Below are positions 54,987 to 64,000 of a stretch of 64,000 nt of DNA, one piece after another (positions within the stretch are counted from its first letter, which is position 1; each line of letters starts with the position of its first letter). A program made the translations under genes and the position numbers. The stretch is from Planctomycetota bacterium. Its GTDB lineage: Bacteria; Planctomycetota; Phycisphaerae; WQYP01. The stretch spans positions 4,947 to 68,946 of the forward strand of contig JAJZDN010000019.1 in assembly GCA_021805985.1 (NCBI GenBank), in the 5' to 3' direction. The notes under the pieces are model-generated. The model had not been told where the DNA came from, did not search any database, and saw only the letters and a list, made by a program, of their open reading frames with translations.

Positions 54987-56180
54987 TTACGGCGAAATTC
55001 GTCCGACCAGATCGGCTGCCGTAAACGGCCCCGGTGCGGCAATTAATGCCCGCGCAGCGTCAACCTGGCCAAAAATATTCCACAACAATACTCCCCGCAC
55101 GCGATCGGCTTGGAGGTAATACACCACTCCTTGTTTCAATGGCGTTTGCCAGTCGGCCAGCATTTCCAGACGCGAATCCACCTCACCGACAGCCTCATAG
55201 CCCATATCGAACAGATCGGAATAAAAGAACGGCAAATGGCTATAGGCAACCGTTCGTCCCGCCATGGCCACACCGGCAAACCCTCCCATCGTGTTCGCGT
55301 TATCCTCATGCTCCACCCGCAACCACGTAGCGAGTGCCGGACTATAAAAACTCGCCGCATCACCGGCTGCGTATATATCCGGGCTGCTGGTGCGCAGCGA
55401 AGCGTCAACGCGAATGCCATTATTGACTTTAAGCCCTGCTGCGGCGGCCAAGGTCACATTCGGTTCGACCCCAATCCCCGCGATCACGCCGTCAACGCTG
55501 ATTTCTTTTTCATTGCTGTTGCTGCGGTGTGAAATCTTCACAGCCAATTTTGCATGTCGCATCTCGCAACCGGTTACTTTACTGTCCGTGAGGATGGTGA
55601 TTCCTTTCTCCCGATAATAACCGTTCAAGAAGTCCGCCAGTTCCGGCGGGTACATGCGGGATCCGATCGCCTTATCGGGAAAGATCAGCGTGACGTTTTT
55701 GCCATTCATGGCCAGGGCGGCGGCTATTTCCGAACCGATAAATCCACCGCCGATGACGGCAAAGCGATCGCCGTTCCGCGCAATCTCCCGTAATTTGGTA
55801 TAGTCATCAAGGGTGCGGAAATAAATGATGTGATCTTCACCAAAGGGTAAGCGACGAGGCGTGCCGCCGGTCGCCAGAAGCAACTTGTCGTAGGCGTAAA
55901 TACCGCCCTGGTCGTCCACCACACTTTTCTTTTCAGGGTTCAACGTCCGGACTGTTCGCCCTAAATGCAGAGTCAATGCGGTTTTCTCCAGTGACCGCCA
56001 GATGCTCGACTGCGGTTTATCTTTCCACAGTCCTTTGGACAGCGGAGGCCGATCATACGGCGGATGCGTCTCTGCACCAATAAGTCCAATAGTGCCCGCG
56101 CGATCCACTTCGCGGATACCCGCAACCGCCGCCGCCGCCGCCATTCCGCCGCCGATGATCAAATATCTGTATTGTTGCAT
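54987..56180 (-). CDS. FAD/NAD(P)-dependent pyridine nucleotide-disulfide oxidoreductase (ferredoxin/rubredoxin reductase or AIF-like)
   Basis: YLIIGGGMAAAAA (FAD GxGxxA), FAVIGGGFIGSEIAAAL (NAD GxGxxG), IYAAGD. Confidence 0.75.
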   Translation of the reverse strand: MQQYRYLIIGGGMAAAAAVAGIREVDRAGTIGLIGAETHPPYDRPPLSKGLWKDKPQSSIWRSLEKTALTLHLGRTVRTLNPEKKSVVDDQGGIYAYDKLLLATGGTPRRLPFGEDHIIYFRTLDDYTKLREIARNGDRFAVIGGGFIGSEIAAALAMNGKNVTLIFPDKAIGSRMYPPELADFLNGYYREKGITILTDSKVTGCEMRHAKLAVKISHRSNSNEKEISVDGVIAGIGVEPNVTLAAAAGLKVNNGIRVDASLRTSSPDIYAAGDAASFYSPALATWLRVEHEDNANTMGGFAGVAMAGRTVAYSHLPFFYSDLFDMGYEAVGEVDSRLEMLADWQTPLKQGVVYYLQADRVRGVLLWNIFGQVDAARALIAAPGPFTAADLVGRISP

Positions 56181-56366
56181 AAGCAATCCCCACATAAAGA
56201 TTATTGAGAGGCTGATACGAGAAGTCAATTGCGGTGGCCAATTTGGCCGCCGTCCGTCGGAGCAGATGGCCGCTATAATAATCATCGGCGCGAAGGGGAC
56301 GCAGAACCCCGATGCCCACCGCGCCCGCCGACACTAACGCACTAGTTATTTGAAGGAGTTCACATC

Positions 56367-56714
56367 ATGACCGAAAGTATCTACCCCGTTGGTACACCGG
56401 AATTAGCTCGTCAGCGGCGGGAAACCGTTCCCGCACAGTTTGAAGCATTCCATAAGTTCAGCAAGCAGGTCTTTGAGCCCGGCGCGCTGGATGCGAAAAC
56501 CAAGCAACTCATCGCGGTGGCTGTGGCGCATGTAACCCAATGTCCCTATTGTATCGCGGGGCATTCCCAGCAGGCGGTCAAACAGGGAGCCACGCGTGAA
56601 GAGATCATGGAAGCAATCTGGGTAGCCGCGGAAATGCGGGCCGGTGCCGCTTATGCCCATTCGATTATCGCGCTCAAAGCCATTGACGATGCGAACGCCG
56701 CCGCCGCTACGTAA
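56367..56714 (+). CDS. carboxymuconolactone decarboxylase / AhpD-like family protein
   Basis: 115 aa with LIAVAVAHVTQCPYCIAGH (CxxC-H). RBS GAAGGAG. Confidence 0.75.
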   Translation: MTESIYPVGTPELARQRRETVPAQFEAFHKFSKQVFEPGALDAKTKQLIAVAVAHVTQCPYCIAGHSQQAVKQGATREEIMEAIWVAAEMRAGAAYAHSIIALKAIDDANAAAAT

Positions 56715-57058
56715 CTGCAAAGTATCGGCCGGGAAGGTACAGGATAATCCCTGGCATTTTCCAGGCAAGCGCATCAGGGAATCATGTGCGCGGCGCGGTC
56801 GCCCCCGTTGGGGTAGGCCCAACCGCTCCGCCTTAAGTGAGACAAGCAAGGGCACAACCCGCAAAATCCCCACCTCGGCTGACATGCGCGTCCCGTATGG
56901 AAGAAAAAGCATCGCGATGGCCCTGCACACTGCTATACTTAGAGACAAGAGCCGGCCGGAAAAGCCAGCGAACCACCGGTACCTGACCGGCTGGCCAAAT
57001 GGTGGGCGATTACTGAATATCCGCGGCCGACGGTATAGCGGCCTCAAAGGAGTGCTCC

Positions 57059-57451
57059 ATGATGAAAGATGCGGAAAATCAACGGTTAAGGCCTCATCCT
57101 GCCGTTCGCTTCGCGGAACCTCCCGCGCCGGTGGATTTACACGCCCTTGCGACAGCCTTGCGTTCCGAACCAAATACCGGAGAACGAGGACATCGACAGG
57201 AAACTGTTTTTAAGCATGGTAATGTGACCGTGGCGCTGTTTGTGTTTGACCGCTTTTCTCATTTGGCGGAGCATGCCGCACAGGGGATCGTCACCATGCA
57301 TGTGCTGAAAGGCCGGATGAAGATCAGCGCCGGGGCTGTGGAGCATGAACTCAAAGCCGGACAGATACTGGTTTTGGACGCAGGTGTTCGCCATGCCCTT
57401 AAGGCGGAAGAGGAAAGCGAAATTCTAGTAAGTGTGCACCTTGGGTCATAA
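57059..57451 (+). CDS. cupin-domain protein
   Basis: HGNVTVALFVFDRFSHLAEHAAQGIVTMHVLKGRMKISAG...GQILVLDAGVRHALKA. RBS AAAGGAG. Confidence 0.6.
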   Translation: MMKDAENQRLRPHPAVRFAEPPAPVDLHALATALRSEPNTGERGHRQETVFKHGNVTVALFVFDRFSHLAEHAAQGIVTMHVLKGRMKISAGAVEHELKAGQILVLDAGVRHALKAEEESEILVSVHLGS

Positions 57452-57452
57452 T

Positions 57453-57629
57453 CCCGAATCTGGAAAAACTGCAAAGTCTAAGCAACAATTACACCGCGCC
57501 AGAAGACGCATGCAACACCTTTCTCGCCATGCTTGATGCACTGCGGGAAATTCAAGCCGATACGCATGTGCATGTACATAAAGAGAATAACATACTGTTC
57601 CCCCGGGCTATTGCATCATCGCGTTGATT
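57453..57629 (+). pseudogene. C-terminal remnant of an iron-sulfur cluster repair di-iron protein (RIC/YtfE/ScdA)
   Basis: The frame reads ...LSNNYTAPEDACNTFLAMLDALREIQADTHVHVHKENNILFPRAIASSR*, which matches the conserved YtfE C-terminus (vPEDAC.T ... H.h.ENN.LFP). There is no in-frame start and it begins 1 nt after the cupin stop. Confidence 0.5.
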
Positions 57630-57633
57630 CGGA

Positions 57634-58118
57634 TCAACTGACGGTAACGGTTTTAATTTTCGGGGCAGTCTGTGGCGCACCCGACCGCGAATCTTTCAGC
57701 GGCGTGGCGGCCAATTTATCCACCACGTCCAGCCCGGTGGTTACTTGGCCGAAGCAAGTGTATTGACCATCCAGGTGCGGGGAATCCGCGTGCATAATAA
57801 AAAACTGCGAGCCGGCAGAATCCGGATCGGATGAACGGGCCATGCTGATGACGCCGCGCACATGCTTACGCTTGCTGAATTCCGCTTTGATGTGATAACC
57901 CGGGCCGCCGGTGCCGGTGCCGGTGGGGCAGCCGCCCTGTATCATGAATCCCGGAATAATGCGGTGAAATGTCAGGCCGTTATAGTAGCCCTTATTGGCG
58001 AGCGTGACAAAATTCTCAACCGTCTTGGGGGCAACATCAGGCCAAAGGTCCAGTTCAATAACGCCCTGATCTGTTTCCATACGAATATGCGGCGCAGCGA
58101 GTTTGGCGGTGTCGGTCA
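57634..58118 (-). CDS. ppiB: peptidyl-prolyl cis-trans isomerase, cyclophilin type
   Basis: FHRIIPGFMIQGG..GTGTGGPGY...ARSSDPDSAGSQFFI. Confidence 0.85.
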
Positions 58119-58729
58119 TGGTATGAATCCTCAAAAATAACTCCGCCATCAACATCAACGTAATGGCTCCAGTCTTTTATACCCGATTAACAGCCGCCGC
58201 AAAAGCTCGTGCCCCAACCCGACGATTCGACCGAAAGATGCAAAAAAAGCAAAACGCTATTCCCTGGCAACGATTTGCCACACACGGGGGCCGACTAGGG
58301 TGATCAGCCTCCATTTTAGGTAAGCAGTGGGTCAATGTGGCCAAGATGGCCAAGTTACGGGGTAGGACCCTGTCCGAGTAATCGCTGGGTTGCGACGGCG
58401 TGATTTTTGGCACCCATCAAGAAGCCGCGACGATGGCGTACCTGACAGGGATGGTACTCCGAGGAGCCGCGCCGCAGAGGGGGGCCAAAAAGCACGCCGC
58501 CCTACGGGTGGGCCTGAAATGCCCCGTCTGCTTTGTTGTCGGATCTCGCAGACTCATCATTAAGAGTCGGCTCAATCCTCCGCCGCGCATACGGGACATT
58601 TCAGACCCATCGCAATCCCGGCCATTACTCGGACAGGCTCCCAGGTGGCCAAGTTGGACATGTTGATGAATGGATTGATTTTGGCGGGTCTGATTCAAGG
58701 TGGCCAAGATGGCCAAGATGTTTGAGGTT

Positions 58730-59465
58730 TTAGTATTTAGTATTTAGGAGTTAGGAGTTGGGAGTTAGGAACTGGCTTAGGTTACAGGTTACGGGTTACA
58801 GGGGACAGCCGGCGAAATGCGGGGCAGTGATTTTCTTTAGGGTCACGACGGGAAAGAACCGCGGATCACACGGGCATCGGGCGGCGGCTCGATAGAGCAG
58901 AGAAAGTCGAGCAGGTGAGCAGTAGAGCAGATTCGGCTGGCGCAAAAGAGTGGCTTTCGCCGTAATAAAAGGCCTCCTGCGGCCGAGTGGAGCCGTGGCG
59001 TATCGGGCGGGTTATTTACTTTTCAAGCAGCAGCAGCATCAATGATCAATGATCAAAGAGCGGTATTGGGAAAGCTATAGGGCGCGGAGGGCGAGCGTAA
59101 TGGGTAGTGAATAATGAGTAATGAGTAATGAATAGAGAGGAGGAGTTGGCTTAGGTTCCAGGTTCCAGGTTACAGGCCGCACGGGGCGGAGGATCCACCG
59201 ATTTCACCGATTACACAGATTTCTGGTCTGGCGGCGCACGAGGTTACGGGTTACGGGTTACAGGGGACAGCGGCCGACGCAAAGAATAACGGGTAATGAG
59301 TAACAACTGGGGAACGATGAGGATATCACCAGAGCACCGGATGGTAATCCGGTGGTTGATCCAGTGCCGCGAGCCAACCGCGGGCTGGATGAGATTTCAG
59401 ATCTCAGATTCCAGGTTCCAGATTCCAGATTCCAAATTCTTTCGGCAGTATGGTCGCCAGATCGG
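58730..59465. repeat. composite repetitive region (microsatellites ttagtatttag/gttaggagtt/ggttacaggttacgggttacagg/ggttccagg, REP-module fragments, one gagcaccggatggtaatccggtgg copy)
   Basis: Shares modules with 13284-13705, 17224-17640, 28773-29061 and 31083-31331. The ORFs called here are artefacts. Confidence 0.6.
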
Positions 59466-59504
59466 CCGGGGCAGACCGCGTTCGCCTTCCATCTGCACTG
59501 CGGT

Positions 59505-60407
59505 CTATTGCCGGGGGACGGAGCTAACCAGGTGGAATATGAACGTGCGTTTGGAGGTGGAGGGGTGCCAATTAACCGCGTAGTGTTTATTGCGGGCGAA
59601 GAGCTCCAGGGCTTGATAGGTGGCAAATCCGCTGGGGCGGACTAAGAAAATCAGAACGGTTTGGCTGGGGCGATTATTCGTCAGGCATGGGGGTGGATTA
59701 TTGGGCGAAATAAACTGCGAAAGCGTATCGGGGACCGCGCCGGACCGGCGGGAATATTCCTCCTCAAATACCGATAGCATCTTGTGGTGGAAATCCTTGG
59801 ATCCGATACGCCAAATACGGTCCTTGGCAACTTCAAAGAGGATATCTTGTCGACTGGTTTTGCGCACATATGGAATATAAAACCGGATAGTGTGCAGGGC
59901 TTTGAGCTTGGCCAGCGCTGCCATTTGTTGTTTGCAGGCGGCGATTTGTTGCTGCGTGGCGGCAAGGGCGGCGCGCAGTTTCGTCGCTTTGGATGGCTTG
60001 TTGAGCCGTTGAGTTTTTTTCAGGAGTTTGCGGGCCGCAGCAATCTTGATCTTGGTTTGTTGGACGATTCGCTTGTAGTCTAAAGTCTGACGGTCCATGC
60101 GGGCGATTTCGCGGCGCAAATGAGCGTCCGCACCTTTAAGGTTCAACGTCTGTGCCGCCCTATGCCTAAGTAAATTCGCATAGGCGGCCTCGCTTTTCCG
60201 GGCCTGTGCCAAGCTGGCCTTGGCCATGGCCTGCATGCGCGCGATTTTCGCAATCTTGGCCACCGCCTTAGGATTCCCCGAGGAACTGCTGGTGATGGCG
60301 ATAATGGTCATGATGAAAATAAGCAGGCCGATGGTGCACGCCAGCACATCCAGAAACGAGAAGTTAAACAAATCCACACGACTGCGGCCCCGGCCTTCCA
60401 TCCTCAT
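59505..60407 (-). CDS. ExbD/TolR-like N-terminal TM + long coiled coil + unknown C-terminal domain (paralog 2)
   Basis: N-terminus ...SRVDLFNFSFLDVLACTIGLLIFIM parallels the ExbD/TolR TM with its conserved Asp. The Lys/Ala/Gln-rich heptad region is ~130 aa. ATGA overlap with the upstream paralog. Confidence 0.55.
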   Translation of the reverse strand: MRMEGRGRSRVDLFNFSFLDVLACTIGLLIFIMTIIAITSSSSGNPKAVAKIAKIARMQAMAKASLAQARKSEAAYANLLRHRAAQTLNLKGADAHLRREIARMDRQTLDYKRIVQQTKIKIAAARKLLKKTQRLNKPSKATKLRAALAATQQQIAACKQQMAALAKLKALHTIRFYIPYVRKTSRQDILFEVAKDRIWRIGSKDFHHKMLSVFEEEYSRRSGAVPDTLSQFISPNNPPPCLTNNRPSQTVLIFLVRPSGFATYQALELFARNKHYAVNWHPSTSKRTFIFHLVSSVPRQ

Positions 60408-61255
60408 TTTCCAGCCCCTGTATTAACCATAAATTTCCAACGATGCAGCGCGGGTTCATAGCCGTAATGAACTCCGGATGGGATTTCATCTTTGGCCTGA
60501 TCGAAAGCTTCAACGCCGCTTGCGTATATCCAGAATATCACCAGAGGATTATGCCTCTCGCTGATTGCTGCTACGGCCAGCCGGTAAGCGGAATTAGCAT
60601 CGCCAATGTCATCGGTCGGAGTCATCAATGCCACGGATACTCCGCCATTGTGATGAACATCAAGAATCTGTAAGCCGCGCGAACTGCAGAGAATGTGCAG
60701 GATGTTAAAATGCTTTTTGCCGTGGGTATTCATGGGTTGAAAAAAGACACTGGCGTAGGCATGGGCTTTCCGCGCTGCGGATTGATTCTCCTGTAATTTG
60801 GCCAGCTTCCGCATGACGGCAGAAAGCTTGTTATTGAGCGACTTTAGCGTCACTTTCGTTTGCTGGGTATAGACCGCCTGCTGTGATTCAATACCGGCCT
60901 GCAGGCTCGATAATTCTGTGGTGTGCACATGGGCGTCCTGCCTGGCACGGCGCATTTCCGCACGCGCCGCCTTCAGGAGCAGCAGCAGTCGCGGATCTCT
61001 GCGGTCCCGCATCTTGGAAAGTTGCGATTCAATGGAACTGGCAATGTGGGCCGTGCTTTTCGCCTCAGCCTGGACTTCGCGCAAAGCCTTCATCTTGGTT
61101 TGGATAATCTTCTTGTAATCGGTAAGCCGTGAGGCGGACTGCAGCAGAAATATCATCACCAAAATGAAGATCAGTAAGCCAATTGTGCAGGCCAGAATAT
61201 CCAGAAATGAAAAATTGAATATTTCTACCTGCCGGGCACTTCGCCGGTACGCCAT
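60404..61255 (-). CDS. ExbD/TolR-like N-terminal TM + coiled coil + unknown C-terminal domain (paralog 1)
   Basis: ...RQVEIFNFSFLDILACTIGLLIFIL then a coiled coil and a ~130-aa C-terminal domain. Starts 3 nt after the MotA-like stop. Confidence 0.55.
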   Translation of the reverse strand: MAYRRSARQVEIFNFSFLDILACTIGLLIFILVMIFLLQSASRLTDYKKIIQTKMKALREVQAEAKSTAHIASSIESQLSKMRDRRDPRLLLLLKAARAEMRRARQDAHVHTTELSSLQAGIESQQAVYTQQTKVTLKSLNNKLSAVMRKLAKLQENQSAARKAHAYASVFFQPMNTHGKKHFNILHILCSSRGLQILDVHHNGGVSVALMTPTDDIGDANSAYRLAVAAISERHNPLVIFWIYASGVEAFDQAKDEIPSGVHYGYEPALHRWKFMVNTGAGK

Positions 61256-61258
61256 AAT

Positions 61259-62296
61259 TTAACTCCCAGCCTTGGGAGCCGAGGGGGCAGCATCCGCACG
61301 GGGAGAATTCTCCACCGGAACCCCCACAGGTGCGACTGGGGCAGTTTGTTCGGTCAGGCGTTCCAGGAGTTTTTGGATGCTCTGGAATAATCGGCGATTG
61401 TCATCGGCGGTGGGCTGATCATAGCCAAGCGTGGCTTTTTGCAGGAGATTCTCAGCACAATACTCATCAATGGAAGCCAGCAGTTGATCCTCGCGCCGCT
61501 GGATGATGCTCATAATCAGCATGAGAATCAAGCTCATGGTCAAGGCGAGCATCGTAGTTTGAAACGCCTGCCCCAAGCCGTAGGTGACTCCTTTCAAGGA
61601 ATGTCGCAAGCCCGAAAGGTTGGACGCATTTTGAATCAGCGTGCTGAAATTCTGCACGCCCGCGCTGATTCCCATGACGGTTCCGACAAACCCCAGAACA
61701 GGAATCGCCCAGATGATAAACCGCGGTGCCGCGTAGCTGGATTCCATAGCCGCCAGGTCAGTCTCTGCCCGATAGCGCAGTAAATCATCCAATTTTTCTG
61801 CGGTGCCCAGTTGCGTAAAGCGCATCAGCGCGTGGCGGATACGCGATACCAGCAGCCGCTTTTTCTGGGCCTCGTTAAGGCGATTGATGCGGGCGAGAAT
61901 TTTGCGGCTCATCGCGGCGTCAATAATCTGATTATGTTCCAGTGGCAGCAGGTCCAGGTCAAAGACCGCAAACTCGCGGTTGATGACTGGAAATTTCAGC
62001 ACCAACATCCAGAATGCCACAAAGAACAGCAGCACGCACACGTAAGGCACCCACCCGTGGTTGAAGAACAGGTAATACAGCGCGGATTGCGGTGGCAGCA
62101 GGATCGGAGCCAACCCGAGGAAAGCCGCCGTGCATACCACACCTAACCCAATGGCCAGCATGGCCAGACGATCAGAAAACAGGCCGTTGCGCCGGGTGTG
62201 CGGCGCGGCGCCGTCACAAAATTCACAGCGCGCGGCCTGACTTTGGGCGTCAACTTTCAGCTCTCCACCACAGGTTTTACAGGTTGCAAAGGTCAT
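61259..62296 (-). CDS. MotA/TolQ/ExbB-family proton-channel protein with N-terminal zinc ribbon
   Basis: N-terminal CKTCGG...CEFC. TM helices. C-terminal IWAIPVLGFVGTVMGISAGVQNF...LGQAFQTTMLALTMSLILMLIM is typical of MotA/ExbB TM3/TM4. Start at ATG 62296 with GGAG RBS. Confidence 0.7.
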   Translation of the reverse strand: MTFATCKTCGGELKVDAQSQAARCEFCDGAAPHTRRNGLFSDRLAMLAIGLGVVCTAAFLGLAPILLPPQSALYYLFFNHGWVPYVCVLLFFVAFWMLVLKFPVINREFAVFDLDLLPLEHNQIIDAAMSRKILARINRLNEAQKKRLLVSRIRHALMRFTQLGTAEKLDDLLRYRAETDLAAMESSYAAPRFIIWAIPVLGFVGTVMGISAGVQNFSTLIQNASNLSGLRHSLKGVTYGLGQAFQTTMLALTMSLILMLIMSIIQRREDQLLASIDEYCAENLLQKATLGYDQPTADDNRRLFQSIQKLLERLTEQTAPVAPVGVPVENSPRADAAPSAPKAGS

Positions 62297-62386
62297 TGAA
62301 TACTCCTTATGCGAATACGTAATCCGGCATTCCATGGACGCCACTGCTGGAACCGTAGCACGCCATCCCGCCGCGCCCGGTCCGCA

Positions 62387-63832
62387 TTATCCTCCAGCGG
62401 CCTTACGTGCCGGGAACCGGAATCGCAGACTGTGGTTCCATCCAATGTTGCCGCCCGGCAACCGTAGCTGGAGAACCTCCGCTGCAGCGACCGGTCGCTC
62501 AAAAACCAAAACATCGCGGACAGTCTTTCCGGGGTAGACATCTGCGGTTTGTCGCGACTGCCCCCGCAACTTGACGCCCACGCCGAAGTTGCATTGGCGG
62601 TAATAGTTTCCCGCGTCGTCTCCGAGCGACCCTTGGTGGTTGCCGAGGACGTCGCCGCGCCAGGTGTGATAGTGGAGAATTCTCGTAGCGGAAGCATCGT
62701 GTATCGAAAGAAAAACCTCACAAAGCCGGTGCGCCGATTCGCCGGCTGAACCGTCAATGTTAATAAGCGGGATACCCCGGATTTCCACAGCGGTTAGCGT
62801 AACAATCGCGTCCCCAGCCCGAACCGGGAGTCCAATTTTGTGCCACGGGTGTGCCGCCGCCCTGGCGTTCCTAGCGTTCGCCGCCGCAGCAGATGCAGCC
62901 CTAGCCACTGCTGCCTTCACTCCCGCCGTCACGCCGGCCCTATTTGCCTCCGCCGGTTTCGTGGGCACTCCTCCGGCCTGCCCCGCTCTGGCCGCGGCTC
63001 TCGCCGCGGGTCCCGCCGCCACTTGCGTGGCTCCTGCGGCTTTCGCCCCACCTCCCTGACCTGCAGCCGTAGTAATTTGGGGCGGCGTCGCATTCGGCTT
63101 CATCACAACATAACCTACCATAAAAGTGGAAACCATTATGGCGGCCACCGCCGAGGCACAGACAGTCAGCCATCTTCCCCTTGATGTTGCTGGCGGCGGG
63201 GGTGCGAAGCCTCCCAGGGGCGGGGCAGCCACCGCCGTGGTGCCACCCGATCCAGGCACGGGCCGCGATGCTCTGCATTTCTCGTAGCGGCCCGGTACAT
63301 CAAAGGCGGCTCCGCATTGTGGGCAATGATCCTCCTTGCCCGCTTCATCCAGTGCGGATTCAAGGTCGCCCTGACATTGCGAGCAGCGGTAGATTATGCT
63401 GCGGCCGCCCCAACGGGTTTTCTTTTTTCGGTAAGATGTCGTCCCCAAGCCCTCTTTCTTGGCACAGGCGTGGCACACCAGATCTCCATCAAAATTGCAG
63501 AGAATTGTCTTGGGTGCTTCGGCCCTGCATAGAACACAAATGGCCGACTCGCTTGCGGCTCCCGGCTCTGCAGTTGACGAAGCTTTCGCTGCCTCGGCCT
63601 CCGCCGCGTTTTGTTTTGTTTTTGTGCACTGTGCGCAGTAATAATTCCCGGCAGCATCTTTCGTGCGTTCGGTGTGGGTAACATCAACCTGACACGCGCA
63701 GCAGCGTTTCACGGCGCCGCCGGGGACGTAAATTACGTTCTTGCACCGTTCGCATTTGCCCTGCATCCCCGCCGCTGAATCCGGCACGGTGGCCAGCGTC
63801 CCGCATTTATGGCATACCACGATTATCGGCAT
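62387..63832 (-). CDS. four-zinc-ribbon cytoplasmic domain + single TM + Ala-rich linker + C-terminal domain (TonB-like topology)
   Basis: CHKCG..CERCK; CCACQ..CAQC; CVLC..CHAC; CSQC..CPQC. The TM is WLTVCASAVAAIMVSTFMVGYVVM. Then AAGQGGGAKAAGATQVAAGPAARAAARA... low complexity, then a ~170-aa domain. RBS GGGGGAAG. Confidence 0.55.
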   Translation of the reverse strand: MPIIVVCHKCGTLATVPDSAAGMQGKCERCKNVIYVPGGAVKRCCACQVDVTHTERTKDAAGNYYCAQCTKTKQNAAEAEAAKASSTAEPGAASESAICVLCRAEAPKTILCNFDGDLVCHACAKKEGLGTTSYRKKKTRWGGRSIIYRCSQCQGDLESALDEAGKEDHCPQCGAAFDVPGRYEKCRASRPVPGSGGTTAVAAPPLGGFAPPPPATSRGRWLTVCASAVAAIMVSTFMVGYVVMKPNATPPQITTAAGQGGGAKAAGATQVAAGPAARAAARAGQAGGVPTKPAEANRAGVTAGVKAAVARAASAAAANARNARAAAHPWHKIGLPVRAGDAIVTLTAVEIRGIPLINIDGSAGESAHRLCEVFLSIHDASATRILHYHTWRGDVLGNHQGSLGDDAGNYYRQCNFGVGVKLRGQSRQTADVYPGKTVRDVLVFERPVAAAEVLQLRLPGGNIGWNHSLRFRFPARKAAGG

Positions 63833-64000
63833 ACTGCTTCCCCCGTTTTGATTTAATTATCTTAATACTTAATTTTGACTATACTTCGTTTTCCTGCTGT
63901 GTCAAATTAATGGGTGGTAAAAAAACGCCGTTGCAGCCCGGCGATTTCGCGGGCGGACTCCTGGATTATTATGGCGCACAATTTATCCCCACCCAATTTA

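Noticed and set aside
59258-59645. ORFs 59258-59626(-), 59296-59583(+), 59352-59645(+)
   Set aside because: They cover the MITE/microsatellite region and translate its inverted-repeat ends (same peptides as the 17.3-kb artefacts).

Overview
GC-rich bacterial chromosomal window with dense coding. The triad of EutN/CcmL-type pentamer genes, a PEP-CTERM protein and a sigma-54 regulator suggest a Planctomycetes/Verrucomicrobia-like organism, but that is inference only. Housekeeping blocks: mnmE, a tRNA-Arg(ACG), a complete molybdenum-cofactor operon (moaA-moaD-moaE-moeA-moaC-mogA) next to a modA-modBC transporter and a membrane-fused sulfite-oxidase-family Mo enzyme, wrbA, a cyclophilin PPIase and a ClC channel. 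Accessory content: an AbiEii-type toxin module; a REP-associated tyrosine transposase (RAYT) flanked by two direct ~250-bp REP-bearing elements; at least two interleaved families of short repeats (REP-like 'aactcaacgctgccgcattgagctacgg' and MITE-like elements with 'gagcaccggatggtaatccggtg' inverted ends) present in many intergenic sites and in three tandem arrays; three 131-bp tandem repeats abutting the tRNA 3' end; three gene remnants (SDR, NDH-2-like, RIC/YtfE). Systems of most interest, in order: (1) a 4-gene operon encoding a MotA/ExbB-like channel protein with an N-terminal zinc ribbon, two paralogous ExbD/TolR-like proteins with long coiled coils, and a TonB-topology protein carrying four cytoplasmic zinc ribbons (59505-63832). 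(2) Three tandem BMC vertex (EutN/CcmL) paralogs translationally linked to a UbiA-family membrane prenyltransferase with no shell hexamer genes nearby (24798-26717). (3) A 10-gene co-directional cluster: HAD phosphatase, M20 hydrolase, class-III aminotransferase, PaaK/CapK-like adenylating enzyme, SGNH hydrolase and two ArnE/F-like small transporters, followed by a DevCAB-like ABC exporter (31350-40851). (4) A ~940-aa secreted Gly/Ser/Thr/Asn-rich protein with internal ~120-aa tandem repeats. All functional calls rest on motif and family recognition by eye; no database searches were possible.
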